Shown here in pieces: positions 31,859-49,369 of a DNA stretch of 64,000 nucleotides. Numbering within the stretch: position 1 is the first letter of the stretch; every line of letters begins with the position of its first letter. A program made the position numbers and the translations under genes. The notes below the pieces were generated by a model that saw only the letters and a list, made by a program, of their open reading frames with translations, had not been told where the DNA came from and did not search any database. This stretch comes from the human T2T-CHM13v2.0 reference genome, Homo sapiens: NCBI RefSeq assembly GCF_009914755.1, contig NC_060925.1. One strand, written 5' to 3'.

Positions 31859-33380
31859 TGCGCCCTCTGATAACTCCGGAGTCACCTTTCACTCACTAGG
31901 AGTCTCTGAGCAACCTCTTTTATCCATCACTCCCTTCCACTTCCTTCCTTACCTTCATGCTTCTGTGTGGCACGTCTTTTTTTTTTCTAACTAGCTTTAT
32001 CCACCAACGCCTTCATAATTACAGGGCATAGCCATCTCCTAAGCATAAGTTCTGGCCAAACCAAGCCAGTCATTCATTTTATTCTGCAAACATTTGTCAG
32101 GTGTCACTCATATGCAAAGCTTATCATCCAGGGATGAGTACATTGAGAACACTGCTCTCAAGTAGTTAATAATATAATGAGGGAGACAGATCCAAACGCC
32201 AGTGATTATAATGCCTGCTGAGTGTGAAAACCCTTTATTCTTTACAAAGGGCTGTGGACTTCAAAGGGAGTCCTGAGAGCAGAGGATGCCAAAAGCCAGA
32301 TGCTGAGATACTCGCCAAAAATTTCTGCAGAGATCTGGAACCTAGGGACATAGTGAGCGCAAAAGCCAGGTTCCCAAGAGATCGGGGAGGAGAAAGGGTT
32401 GGAGCAACAGAAGCCAGGCAACAAAAGGGAATGCCAGCTTTCTCAATTTTGAAGGTGGCATGTCTGAGAAATTAGGAGGATGATGAGCAGAGGCAGCCAA
32501 GGTGGAGACAGGGGGAGAGGTCCAGACTTGGGGAAGCTTAGGTTGAATGTCTAAGAAGCCAGATCATTGGAGGGTCCTCACTGTGGATGCTGGAGCAGCC
32601 CAGCATGGGGGCAGGGAGTGCGGCTGCTCTCAGCAGAGGGCCTCAGAGACCTCAGGATGGCCAGTCAAGGGAGGCCACAAGGATGCCAGGGGTGGTCAAA
32701 GCTTGATGTGGACTGAGCCCAAACGTGGTAGAACAATGGTCTGAAGCTACCCGTGGATAGCTTCTGTAAGTCATCCTAATGCACTAGAGTCTAGAATGAG
32801 CACTGGGGAAATGGGGGATGTTAGGGCGCTTGTGGTTAGGAGACCCGTACCCAGAGATCTCCAAGGAAGAGCACTTGGGACTCCCAGCAAGGAGGAAGAC
32901 AGGGAGTGGAGGAATAGGCAGCAGGCTGTGCGCAGCCTGAGTGGGGCTGGGCCTCAGGCATCAGAGTCCCTGTGAGGAGAGGGACCTGACTTCACCTGCA
33001 GGTGGAGCAAGTAAGCCAGGAGACAGTGTCCAGGGGCCATGAGGCTAGTAGTAGTCATGAAGCCCACCAAGAGTCCATCAAAACTTGGAATCTGTGCTAG
33101 AAATGACCTAAGGGTCAGCTGTCCCAATCTCCTCATGTAATGGATAAGAAAATGGAGGCCCGAACATGGAAATCACTTCTAAAGACCACCAGCAAGTCTG
33201 AGAAAGCTAAGGACTAAAACCAGCTCAGTCCCTCAGTCCGGGTCCCACTGTGTGCCTGCTGTAACACCCCCATTACAACACAGGAGGGGTAAAGCTCCCT
33301 GAAAGACCACAGTGGGAGCTGCAGAGAAGGGAAAGACAGACCCGCAGTGGGTCCCAGGCATCTGGGAAAGAGCACAGTGA

Positions 33381-33727
<347 letters not shown>

Positions 33728-34971
33728 ACTTATTTGTTTTTTAACCCAAAAAGCCACACCCTTTTCTCCCAGTGAAAACCTCGAGTCATTGTACAGAGCC
33801 AGGAAAATTGGCCCACCCACTTCATGCCCTAGCAGAAGGCTCCGACTTTCCCTGGAAAATCAGTACCCAGAGGGGAAGACCCCCATCCCACCATCCCTCA
33901 GTCCAACCTCTGGCCTCGGCTGGCAGTGAGGAGGCAGGTGGGTGTCGGCCACCTACTGATCATGCCAGGAATTGTCTGCTCCGGTCAGAACCAGAATGGC
34001 TCAGCCCTGGCCTCACCTGCGCCTGGGCTAGCCTGGAACCTGGGGGCCTGCAGTGGCCTTCTAAGATGGGGGCCCACTGTCAGCATCAGATCCCCCAAGT
34101 GCAGATTCCCGTCTGTTTTGAAACCCTGACCAGCTGCTCATTCCCACCCACTGCTGAGCCTTCTCTCCCCCAACTCCCTATTTTACTTTCATTCTGAATC
34201 AGCACTAAATGACCACAGTCAGTGGCTCTGCAGAAAGTCACAGAACAGAGGGTGACAGGCCAGTGTTTATGTCACATTCACTCATTTCATCATTGATTCA
34301 TGCACTCCTGAATTTATTCAATCAACAAGCGTTCATCCAGTGCCTCTGAGCCAGCCCTTGCCTGGTGCTAAGACTTTGGAGGGTAGCAGGCAGCATCCCT
34401 GCCTAGAGGAGCCACAGTGGTGTGGAGGAATCAGAAAGTCCACCTGAAAGTTGAGAGCTCCATGACAAAGCAGAGATGCCTGCCGCACACCATCACTCAG
34501 GGTTTGAGTCACACACACCCTGCTTCATTGTCATGCTTTTTTTGTTTTTATTTTAAATTAATGGACAAATTGTATTAAACAGGAATTTTCATATAAAGCT
34601 TCAGATGTCCTGGGCCCTCAGGAGGTCCAAGAACATCTGGTCTACTTTCCCACGTGGCAGCCCTGGCCTGACACTGGCTGTCCCTTCAAGGTAGGAACGT
34701 TCTCATTCCCCACAGTTGCCACCACTGTCCAGTGTCCCCAACCCTGAGGCCCCATATCAGTGGCCACAAGTTGCCCTACTGCTGCCGTTGATGTTCTCAT
34801 GCCCCACCAGCTTCACCTTGGGTCTGGTTCCCGCAAGGGTGAGTTGGAGATCCTTGGTCCTGAGTGAGAAGTGCTTTGTCAGAGGCAGCAGAGGGCGCCA
34901 TGGGAGCACACAGGAAGGGCGCCTGGGGCTGTGCAGGGACTGCAGAACAGGCTGCACTGGCACACAGGGTT

Positions 34972-35004
34972 GGCTGCTGGCTGCTGGCTGCTGGCTGCTG
35001 GCTG
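34972..35004 (+). repeat. (GGCTGCT)n short tandem repeat
   Basis: ggctgctggctgctggctgctggctgctggctg. Confidence 0.85.
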
Positions 35005-36899
35005 GGTTTCCTCTATTAGCTTAAACAATGGAAGGTGGACTTGGATAGGAAATCTACCTCATGTATTCCTGAGCTGTGTCTGCACCATTCATTCATTCAT
35101 AGGCGACTCATGTATTCAAGCACTCATTTATTTATTAGATGCTTGCTGTGTGCTTAGCACTGTGCCAAGCCCTGTCCTTAGCTACCAAGAGTTTAAAACG
35201 TAATTTGGAAGACAGGATATAAGATTATGTCTCCCCTTTGTATTGCGACTCACTCATCAAGTTCTCCCAGCATCTAGCATTCATATCTGGCACTCAGTAG
35301 GTGCTCAACAAATATTTGTTGCATAAATGAATGAAAAGATTATTAGTAATAATACCTTTTATTTACTGAGCTCTTCCCAACTTTCCATGTATTGTCGCAA
35401 TCCTCAAGGTAAGTCCTGATATTATCCTATTTTATTGATAAGAAAAGTAAGGCACAGAGAAGTTAAGTAAACTGCCTAAGGTCACACAGACAGTCTGAAG
35501 TCTTAACCACTACTCCAGGTGCATCTCAGCAGTGTGAGGCAGGCCATGCTTAGGGCCAATGCTTAGCACACACAGAGATTGCCTCAGGCTTTCAGAGGAC
35601 AAAGCAGTCAGGAGGGGCTGGGGCAATAAAGGAAGGCTTCATGGAGACAGAACAAAATAACCAGTGCAGGTAGAAGAAGAGAACCATCTTTCCTGATAGA
35701 GAGAGGGGGCAGCAAGCAAGAGGGAGTCCCAGGGTGGATCATCCATACTGGCTTCCAGGGGTGACGGGAAAGGATGCCAGCAAGGACTTCAGCAAGGATC
35801 AATCAGCAAATCCGAGGGTGTCTCTCTTGCCAAGCCCCGGGCTGTGTGCATAGGAGAAGGAGAACATGAATGAGAACCTACCTTTGAGGATCTACAGCCA
35901 ATTGTTGGACAGAGGCAAAATATGTATATAATTTTACTCCAGGAAAGCAAGTGTTGAGAGCCAGAAGTGGTATGAGAATCATAGTCAGGAAGACAGAAAC
36001 TGTTTCCAAATGGGAAGCACAGAGCAGTCTCCTTGGAAGAGAGTGCATTAGAACTGAGCCGTGGGGGCGGGCAGGATATCACTGTGGAGTAGGGGAAGGG
36101 CACTCCTGGGGTGGCAAGGTGGGAGGTGGGCCCTGTGTTCCCACAGTGGGCAGGGAGGTAGTGAAAGGGAAGCTGGCCGGACAGGCAGGGCCATTCCAAG
36201 AGGGCTTTGTGCGCAGGGCTAAGCCAAGCTTTCTCCATAGGCAATGGGGAGCAACTGGAGGTTCGTAGCAGGAGAAGGACACATCTTGCCCACCAGGAGG
36301 CTAAGTAAAAACAGTTGTCTCCCAAGTTATAAGTTCCTGGAACCCTTGCTGGGAGCAGGATTTAGAAAAATGATGCTGAGAGATGCTAGAAACATATTCG
36401 CCCTGAGGCTCTCTCACTCAGACTGCAAGAGGAAGGTATCATCAGAATTGCCCTTAACCAGGAACCAGAATAGCTGGGTCCCCTTCCTGCCAAGTCAGCA
36501 ACCAGCTATGTGACCTTGCTCAGGTCCATCTCCGGGTGTCAGTTTCTTCATCTACAATGCAAGAGGGTTGCCCACCTCTGAGAACCCTTCTAACCCCAAA
36601 TCTCACCCTATGAATCTAAGAACACCAACCCCTCGCCATCCTAAGTATCACAGAGCCAGGCAAGCATGGGTGAGAGCTCAGACCATCCTTGTTGGACTAA
36701 AAGGAAGGGGCAGACTGCCCATGGGGGGCAGCCGAGAGGGTCAGGCCCCCATAGGTCCTCAGCCTGCTTCAACCTCAAAGGGGATGGGGGGCTGAGTGGT
36801 GCCAGAGGAGCAGCAGGCTCGCTCGGGGAGAGTAGGGCCTTAGGATAGAAGGGAAATGAACTAAACAACCAGCTTCCTCCCAAACCAGTTTCAGGCCAG

Positions 36900-37058
36900 G
36901 GCTGGGAATTTCACAAAAAAGCAGAAGGCGCTCTGTGAACATTTCCTGCCCCGCCCCAGCCCCCTTCCTGGCAGCATTACCACACTGCTCACCTGTGAAG
37001 CAATCTTCCGGAGACAGGGCCAAAGGGCCAAGTGCCCCAGTCAGGAGCTGCCTATAAA
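36900..37058 (+). promoter_or_regulatory. S100A9 proximal promoter: TATAAA 37053-37058, C/EBP-like GTGAAGCAAT ~36995-37004, GC box ~36948-36957, kB-like GGGAATTTCA 36904-36913
   Basis: Motifs seen directly; TATA-to-exon 1 spacing is canonical. Confidence 0.8.
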
Positions 37059-37081
37059 TGCCGAGCCTGCACAGCTCTGGC

Positions 37082-37109
37082 AAACACTCTGTGTGGCTCC
37101 TCGGCTTTG
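37082..37109 (+). other. S100A9: S100A9 non-coding exon 1 (exon 2 begins 37497)
   Basis: ~30 nt after the TATA box; ends TTTG|gtaagt. Confidence 0.85.
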
Positions 37110-37418
37110 GTAAGTGAGCTGCCAGCTTCCCCAGGCAGAAGCCTGCCTGCCGATTCCTTCTTTCCTTCCCTGACCCAACTTCCTTCCAAATCCTCCTCCT
37201 AGAAGCCCTCCTTGGTTGGCCCTGCCTACTTTAAAGCTTCTTTCACATTTTCTTAGGTCATGTTCCCCTGGGGCCTCCTGCCCTCAAATGCTTTGCTTTT
37301 TGGCACTCTGTAGATATTCTAAAAAATCATTTTGTACATGTGTGTGACAGGCCATCTCCCAGTTAAGTTGCAGCCTGTGCTTTCTTTTTATTTTGCACTT
37401 CCCCCACTATTTCTGTGA

Positions 37419-40065
<2,647 letters not shown>

Positions 40066-40230
40066 GACCACAGTGGCCAAGATCACAGTGGCCACGGCCA
40101 CGGCCACAGTCATGGTGGCCACGGCCACAGCCACTAATCAGGAGGCCAGGCCACCCTGCCTCTACCCAACCAGGGCCCCGGGGCCTGTTATGTCAAACTG
40201 TCTTGGCTGTGGGGCTAGGGGCTGGGGCCA

Positions 40231-40236
40231 AATAAA
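40231..40236 (+). terminator. S100A9 poly(A) signal AATAAA
   Basis: 165 nt after the stop, followed by a GT/T-rich downstream element. Confidence 0.88.
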
Positions 40237-42359
40237 GTCTCTTCCTCCAAGTCAGTGCTCTGTGTGCTTCTTCCACCTCTTCTCCAACCCTGCCTTCCCA
40301 GGGCTCTGGGCATTAGACAGCCCTGTCCTTATCTGTGACTCAGCCCCCTCATTCAGTATTAACAAAATGAGAAGCAGCAAAACATGGGTCTGTGCTGGGC
40401 CCCTTGGGCTCACCTCCCTGACCATGTCCTCACCTCTGACTTCAGGCCCCACTGTTCAGATCCCAGGCTCCCTGCCCCATCTCAGACACCCTGTCCAGCC
40501 TGTCCAGCCTGACAAATGGCCCTTGTCACTGTACACTGTAGAAAGCAAAAGGGCATATCTCTACCCCTTGATATGCCTGCTACCTCACCAACCAGCCCCA
40601 AGCCTGTCTTCACCCATCACTGTCTACACAGCCCTCTCTCTCTCCTAACAGAATTCTATTCCTCTGAAAGTCTTCCAGAAATGGACCTAGATAGTGCCAT
40701 GTCTGGGGAGGAATACTGGCACCCAGGCAGTGGAAACAAGGACAGATCCGGTGTGTTTACTCTCACACTTTTTCTGGATCCAAGAGAGCAATTGGATCTC
40801 TCTTAACAGACCTGCCACCCTAATCAACGGGAGTGCTCACACAAGTGGGAGTCTGAGAGCTTAGCCCTATGCCCACCCTGGTCTCAACAGAATGGCAGAG
40901 TGAAGAAATGAGCTCCAGTCCGGGCTCTGCAGCTAAAAGACTCCGTGACTACCAGGAGGAGTCTGTGCTCTGGGTCCAGAGAGCCTGGGGGTCTGAAGAT
41001 TCTGATTTTAAGCTTTGAGGGCCAGCTGTCCTTTCTGGTGGGTAGCTGAGAGCTGGGCCCAGCACAAGTATCTGCTTCTCTCTGCAAAGCCTACTACCAG
41101 GCCTGGCCCTAGCTGCCTCAGGGCTACTGCTGCAGCTCCCCCTTCAAGCTGCCCCAGATCCAAGTGCTCAGTTCAGGGACTCCTCTGCCATCTTCCTGCC
41201 CTTTGGCTATAAAGTCCCTTTCCTAGGTTATAACCAGTGGGGTTTGGCCTTCCAAAAACCAGAGTCCAGATCAAGATCCTCTGACCCCTGTCCTTTCAGC
41301 AGAAAGAAGACTCACAGAATTAGGATCTGGGGAAGCTGGGAAGACTAGCAGTCACCTACTCTCCCTTTTCATAAGTGAAGAAACCGAGGTGTAATATGGA
41401 GAAGAGACTAGTCCAAAGTCACACAAATGACAGAGTTGCTCAAAATAATGCAGTACGAAAAGTAGCTTGAATCATATCTGCCCCACTGGCTGCACCTCCC
41501 CAGCCCCTTCCCCAGTGCAGAGCAGGAAGATATAGAGCTGCCAGTGTTGGATTTCAGCCCTCCCCTCACAGCCTGGCTATGGTTGTGCCCCCAACCTGCC
41601 TGTTGCAGACTCCTGCTTTAAGGGCCTGGGGGCTCCGCTCTGGGTGCAGGGTTTTAAGGGCTCCCACTCGAGGGTATGAGGATGTTTCCAGGAACTGTCT
41701 CAGGCTGAGAGCTTAGGCAGCAGAGTCTAGAAGCCCTCCTCAGTCCCTTCTGTGCCTGACTTGGAGACCTGACAGCTGGGGACACTCATTTTCTGACAGC
41801 CCTTCTGCTCCCATGCTCACATCCAGGGAGGAGTCACTGTCTTCACTCCCTTCTGAACACAGCTTGGTAATGAGGAGAGAGAAGCATCCTGGGGATTGGA
41901 GGGCCTTAGACCAGATGCTTCCAGTAGGGTGGTAAGTGCTCCCCCTAGGCCCTCTGCCCACCACTACTTATCACAATGTGCCTAAATATGTTTATGACTC
42001 TGCCTACCCCTCCAGACTGATAACTCCAAGAGAGCAAAGTCCATCTGTTTTTTTTTTCTGATTTATTCTCAGCACCTAGAGTAGTGGCTGCTACATAGAA
42101 GGTTCTCAGCAAATATTGCCTGTATAATGGCCTAAGTTTCTCACGTGTTCTATGCTCTCTTCTCAAGGGATGATGTGGAGAAAAAAAAGCAAGAGGAGAT
42201 CAAAACCTGCAAATGGAAGGCTTCTGCATTAGCATTACAGAATCTCAAACCTGAAGGTAAGGAGCAGCAAGTTGATGGAATCGGAGGGCCCCTCCACCCC
42301 CTGTTCAATCAGACCAATTTGATTTGAAGGAAGAGATTTGTCTTGAAAAAAGTGTGAAA

Positions 42360-42780
42360 ACTATGGACTTAATCCAATCTGCCCCACCCACACTCTAGAG
42401 TGATTCTTGCCAACATCCCTGCCAAGTGACTGAACCAACCCTGCCTGAATTCCTCCAGGAAAGGAGAGTTTCCCCCTTTGGGAGTGACACTTGGAATGTC
42501 CCTCATTATACTGAGCTGAAATCCATCTCCTCATGCCCACCCAGCATTAGTCCTACTTTTCCTCCCCTTTGAGGACACAGAACAAATCTAACCCCTTATC
42601 ATCCATCCTCCCATCCACATGTTTATTCCTCCACTTCTTCAAAACGCCTTCCCTAAATTACATCCAGGCTTTCTCCAGCCTCTTCACCTTTGCACCAAAA
42701 ATGCTGTGCTCCATCCTGGTGTCTCTTGTAAGTCCCTTAGGATCCATCAAGCCTTGGAACAAGTGTTAGTGCTTCCTCAC
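42360..42780 (-). mobile_element. L3/CR1-like LINE remnant
   Basis: attatactgagctgaaatc...cacagaacaaatctaacccc motif. Confidence 0.5.
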
Positions 42781-45700
42781 CATCCACCCTTCTCAAGAAG
42801 ATAGGGACTTCCTCCTCCAGGCCCACAGAACTCTGACAATTCCACCATTGCACTTCAAATACTGAATGGCAAATACTCATTTGCCAAGACTATGAACCCC
42901 TGAAAGCAGGGACTATAGCTGATTTTCCCCCACATTCAAGATCCCAGCATGGACCATCCACTTGTTCATCCACAAAGTGAAGATAGGATGGTTCTAGAGC
43001 AGAAATGGGTGCTTTGCTCGAATGTGGGTGTGAGGTAGGAGTGGCTCTCAGGAACTGGGGTTGGGGGTGCCAGCTGTCTGGAGACCTGGGGCTGGCAGAG
43101 AGCAGAGCAGCTGAGTGGCAGGATGACCCAGAGACCTCCTCAGGTAACAAGGATTCTTCCATTTACCTTGTCTCTAGTAACTCAGTCTGCATGTAGGCAA
43201 TTGTTTCAGACCCTGGGGGAAGGTCTGACAACAAGCCACTTGCACCCTGCGGAATTTTCTTTAAACGTAGTTGAACAGAACTCATCAAGGTGACTTAACC
43301 TCTTCATTCCCATTAGCCTCTTTCATTTCAAAAAAAAAAAAAAAAAAAACCTCATTCTGCTGAGTAGAGCAGAGTGGGCTTCTTTTCTCAGATAGAGAGA
43401 GCAAGCATGTCCATGTCCATGTCAAGGTTAAGATTCCCACTCCAAGTGGAAATCAGTAGCTATCTCTGTGATTAATGAGTCCTTTGGGGAAACATGACCT
43501 TTGGGGACTTTCCCAGCACCATGGTGACTAAAGAATCAGAGACAACCTGTCTTCAGATGACTATCCAACAATTCCTGCAACAATGAGTTGCCCTCCAGGC
43601 TGGTGTTAGCAGTGGAACCTGAACTGCTAGATGCCTTCCTGGGAGGAATGAGGAAGGATCAGAAGTAGTCTAAGCTGCTAAACTCTTCCCAGACACTTCA
43701 CAGTGCTCTGAATGTGGTCTGGGGCCTGGGTGGTGGTGGGATGGCTCCAGAACTTGGGGGAGAAATGAATTCACTTGTCCACTCACTTGTATGTCCCTTC
43801 ATTCACTCAACAGACATTAACTGCAGACTTACTATGTGTCAGGCACAGTATAATGCTGAGGGGCCTTCATGATAAATAAAGCTTGTCCATGTTGTCAAAG
43901 AGTTCTCGGGCCTGCAGGGAGACAAGACAGCTCCTCAAATTAATCTGATGTGGAAAATGAGAGGCCAGGGAGGTCCAGCTAAAAGATTTCGGTGGGATGT
44001 AGCTCGGTGGGACTTTGAGGTGGGAATGATGCCCTTCACTGGGGCCATCTCCATGGAGGGGTAAGTATCAGTGTGACATCAAGGCTGGTACCTGGAGACA
44101 TCCCGGGATAAACATGAAGGTGCTTCAGGAGACCATGTATGCAAAGGCCTGGAAATGGGCAGGCGTGGGGTTTGAGGGCGAATGAGGAGCACTGGGGGCG
44201 TGGCAGGGAGAGGTAAGAGAGACAGATGAGAACAGGATAGGTACCAGGCCAAGGAACTCACACTCCATTCAGCAGAACAGGGGCAGAGCCCCGAAGGCTT
44301 CAGGGAGGGCAATGATATAATCACATTTGCATTTCATAGAAGTTTCTCTATCTGTGTTTTATGGGATGGGTTTGGGGTGGGAATGAGACCCCAGGCACAT
44401 GGCCTGTGGGGAGTCTGTTGCAAGAGCCCAGGTGAGCACTTAAGAGTCCAAGCGGTGCTTCTCAGAAAAAGTAAAGCTAGAGCCTCAAACTACCCCAAGC
44501 TTCACCTCAATTAGGAGAGGTGTGACTGCAACATGATAAATAAGATCATTTCATGCTGTTTGCCAAGACCTTTCCAGGAAGGAAGATCTCAGCTTTCACC
44601 AGCCCGGTGAGCCAACCTTACACAACCCTGATGCAGCCCTGCCCTGAAGTAAGCTCCATAATCCAACCCCAATGCACTGCCCCCTCTTCCAGCAGTTGCT
44701 TAAAACATATATTTTAGAAAGCCCCGTGTCATGGATTTTGACACTCCAATTACCAAAGTGACAGCAGGACTGAAACAACTGGTTTCTCAAGTCCTATTGC
44801 CCCTTGGGGCTCTGACCTGAAACAGTTTCTCTATCCTAAGACGACAATCAGTCCCTGGATGATTAGATCACCCCTGTCTTCAGAGATCCACTCCCAGACA
44901 CAGGAGACAGGGAAAGGGAGCCCCTGAGCGACAGCCAGCTGGCCTCCATCCTGAGTGTCCCACGGAATGCAGAGTCCCAACTAAACACAGAGCACCGCTA
45001 TTGGTGCTGGCTCAAAACAACTACATCTAGGCTTTCCTTTTCTGCATGAGTTCTCCCACTCTTGCCCACGTACCCAAAATTGCTGCATGCAGACTGTACA
45101 GTGAGGAAGGGGTTTGTTGCCAAGACCCGAGGTGAAGAGGAAGAGGAGGGTGGCCACCAGCAGGGGCGGCAGGGGCAGCAGGATTCCAGCATGCAGCCCG
45201 CACCTTCAGCATCCCCCGCCTTGACTTGGAGTCTGATCCTCCCTCCTCTCCCCTGCCTCTCCCCCAACCTTTTCCCTCTTGATTTGCCCCCTCTCTTTCT
45301 CTCTTTACCTTTTCTACATCCTCTCCCTGAGCTTTTTCTCACTTACTGCCTTCTGCCCTCCTGTCCTCTGTGGTAAAATGCAGTTCTATGTGGCTGAGTG
45401 CTTTCAGGGAAGCAACTAGGGGTCATATCTAACCTTTGTGAAGTAACTACGGGTCATATCTAACCAGAAATGGCTCCCTCAAAACACAAGATGTCCCAAT
45501 TTCGAGTCTACTCCTCATAATGAAAGGAGACAATCACAAGGGAAAATTGTTGAAGGTCTTGGGGAATCAAGTCTGGAAAAGGTAAGCAAGGGAGCCATGA
45601 CAGCTGCCTTCAAATATCACCAGGGTCCAGGGAGAGGAGCCCACCCCCGGGGGCAAGGCCTCCAAACCCGCTGTGGTGTGGCTCATTTGCTGCCAGGCCC

Positions 45701-48137
45701 TCCCACTCTCCCAGCACTGCCTCAAGCATCGCCCTCGCATTCTACTCCAGGTGTTCATTCCCTCTGGTAGGAAACAGCTCCATGCAAAGAAGCCAACATT
45801 CATCAGCTATTCAGTCTGCAAATACTCATTGAGTGAGAACTAAATGCAGAGCACTGTTATAGGTGCTGGGTCAACAAAACTGCGTCTAGGGGAGAGTCAG
45901 ACAAGAGGCAAGTCAAGAAATAGATAGCCCAGATCATTTTAGATGGTGATGAGTTGCACAAAGAAAATAAAGGGGACATGCTAACAGGACTGCTTTGTGG
46001 GCCGGCAGCCAGGCAAGGAAGCAACACTGGAAATGAGGCCTGGATGACAAGAAGCCATCTCAACGAAGATTTCACCCCAAACACATTGGAGAGCCTTTGG
46101 AGGGTTTTAATCAGGCAGGTGATGTGATATGATGTATCTGGAGGAGAATATTCGGCAGCTGTGTGGAGGGTAGCCTGGAGAACCCCAGAGTAGAAGCATG
46201 AGGACCAGTTAGGAGGCTGATGAGCCTGGTCTTATGTCAAATAGTGTGCTAGATTCCCTGCCTTCACAGAGCCCTCAGTCCAGTGGGGGCACAATTACCA
46301 GATATTTTCTCTATAATACAATGTTGTGGGCAAAAGACAAGCAAAGGCAGATGATAAGCACAAGATGCCCAGAGAGTACAGAAGGCACTTTTTGCCGTCT
46401 TATTGGCTGTGGTGTGGGGGAGGGGGTAGAGGGGAGCCGGGGGGCAGGGGTAGAGGGAAGGAGAGAGAAGGAAAGCTTGCTTGGACTAATGCCCAAGCTG
46501 AGTTTTCAGAGGGCAAGAATTGCACTTCCATGTGCCCAGTGCTGTGTTAGGCAATAAAAGAAATCAGAGAAACATAGGAAGTAAGGGCTCTTGCCCTCCA
46601 GATTTTTAGTTTGCTTTATCTTAAAACTTGAAAGGCTTCTTGTGTTGGCCAAGTCAAAATGATGAGACCTAGCCATTCTCACATCAGGGGCTTCTGATAG
46701 TCATTTTGTTGAGCCCAGATCCTTCTCCTGAGCTCCAAGAGCCTGATGCACAGGCTGGCATGGCTTGGCTTGTGGTGTACTGGAAGCCTGCCTGAAATAT
46801 CCTCCTGAGGGCAAAGTATTGCACATATAGCACCCAAAAGAGTGTTATTGGTGTCCTTTATCACTCAGTAATGCCTTTGCCCAGACAGCTTTGTCAGGCT
46901 CATCATTCCAGCAGCAGCCAGTGAGCAGAAGAGGGAGGTCAGCCCCAAATTGGAAGGGGCCTAAAGTCTACTCTTGATGGAAATACATGAGGAAGATATG
47001 AACAGGTGAGCTCCCTGGAGGATGTGACGGTTGAGTCAGGCCATGGTGTATAAGCAGGTGTTCTAGAGCCAGAGAAGGGCCCAGGTAGCCTAGTGTCTGC
47101 AACAGAGCAGACACAAAAAAATGTTTGTGAATGAAGGGATGAAAAGGCACTTCAGACAAAGAGAACAAGAGGACAGCAGGAGCAAAACCCAAGAAGTTTC
47201 AAAGCCGTGGAGAAACTAGAGACTGTTCTAGAGTGGCTGGAGAATAGGGCCTCTGGGGGTGGACAGATGGTGACAGTGAGACAGGGCCTCCAGAAGCAAC
47301 AGGGCCAATCCCTGGGCTCTGTGGATCTAACAGTGCTTGTGTTCATTTGCTTGTTCCACGACACCAGCCACAGTCACAGGGTCTAGTCTCTGTGTATTCA
47401 TGAAGGGACTGGAGATCACTTGTGCAAACAGCACACTATATACATGAAAAAACTGAGGCTCAGAGAAGGGAAGCCATTCGCCCAAACTCACAGAGCCAAG
47501 CAGTTGAGCTGGGAGTCTAACCAAGCTCATTTGATTCCAAGTCAAGGGCCCTTGTCATTGTCCTTAGGTGCCGCTGACTGATGGATTTTGACCAAGGTTA
47601 GCAGCCCTTAAAATTTTTCTAGCCATGATTTAAGTTCAATTTGTGGTTCAGTGGGCTATTTGGAAACAAAATTACAGCTGGTGAATGTTTTCACAATAGC
47701 AAATGTGCTGGACTTTTGCTCTCATCGGTTAGTTGTTGGTTTTTTTGTTGTTTTTTTTTTTAACAGATTCTAATACTACTATATATATCAGAAGTGGTCC
47801 CAAATCAAGGTAAGTGCATCAAGGGAGTGGCCTAGTTTGCAGAACAGCTTGGTCTAGTTCAAAGGCCTTTAGAGGAAGATATTGCATAACTTCCCTTGGT
47901 TCCTTATCTTACACTGGTCAACTTTAACTATCCAAGCCACCCCTAAATATAACCTCAGTCTGCTTTGGTTTAAAATAATCTATACCTATTGTGCTGTGGC
48001 AGAGGGTGGGTCAGCTACAATCGTTACCTCCTGTCTAAATTATTATCTTACTGTTATTGCTAATGTTTGTTGAGTGCTTACTCTGCATCAGATACTGTGC
48101 CAAGTGCTTTCCATGTGCTATGAGATGACCTAATCTT

Positions 48138-48507
<370 letters not shown>

Positions 48508-49369
48508 CTACTGATGGGGAAATTGAGGTTTAAAGATTCTAAGTAACTTGTTCAAGGTCTCACAGTTAGTAAGTGGCAATGCTAGGATTTGAATACAGAA
48601 GCATAACTTCTAGCCTCACACTCTCGACTGCTACTCTTTAGCACCAAGGGACATCCTCCTTCCTACCCTCTCACTAAGTGATGTTCTCCTTCTAGACCCT
48701 GCACCAAGTTCCCCTCTATCCAACTGAGGTCTCTCAGAGCACTAACACTGGGTGACACCTGAGTATTCACCTAGTCTAAAACTTTCCAAAATAGATGTTT
48801 AAAATTCCTTTGAATTCTTCAAAAATAAAGAAAACACAGACCCAGAGAGGCAAAGTGATTTGGCCAAGGTCATGCAGTGAGGGAAGGCTTTCCCCAAATG
48901 CTCTCACATTCTCATTCACATTTGGTGATAGAAGCCTTCCAGGCTTGGGCCATTCCAGGACTCCCTTCCCTGGGTCACACATTCCTTCCTTTTCTGCCAA
49001 TCCCACTTCACCCCCATCTTCAGGCTCTCCCCTCAACCCCATCTACAGGCTTCTACTTTCTCGCACACTTTCCACACAACTGCAATTGTTTCCTTTGATG
49101 GGGGTGGTCAGCAAAGCTTCACCCCAAGACCATGTGCCCAGGACTCATCATTTGTCACTTGTCCTGAATCCCAGCTTCCCATACACTGTCTCCACATGGC
49201 TTCACAGTAAATAAGCCGAAAGTCAAACCCACTCTCCTGCAGTAAAAAGCCCCCTTTCCCACTTTTCCTCACATCTGTCTTGCCTGACCTCCAGCAGGGT
49301 ATCTAACCTTTCTAAAATTCTTCAATTTTGCCACCTGGCCTGCCCCTGCTGCTGAAGAAGATCCAGAGG

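Noticed and set aside
46412-46460. G-rich tract with G-quadruplex potential
   Set aside because: Intergenic, probably within an L2 remnant, with no supporting context.
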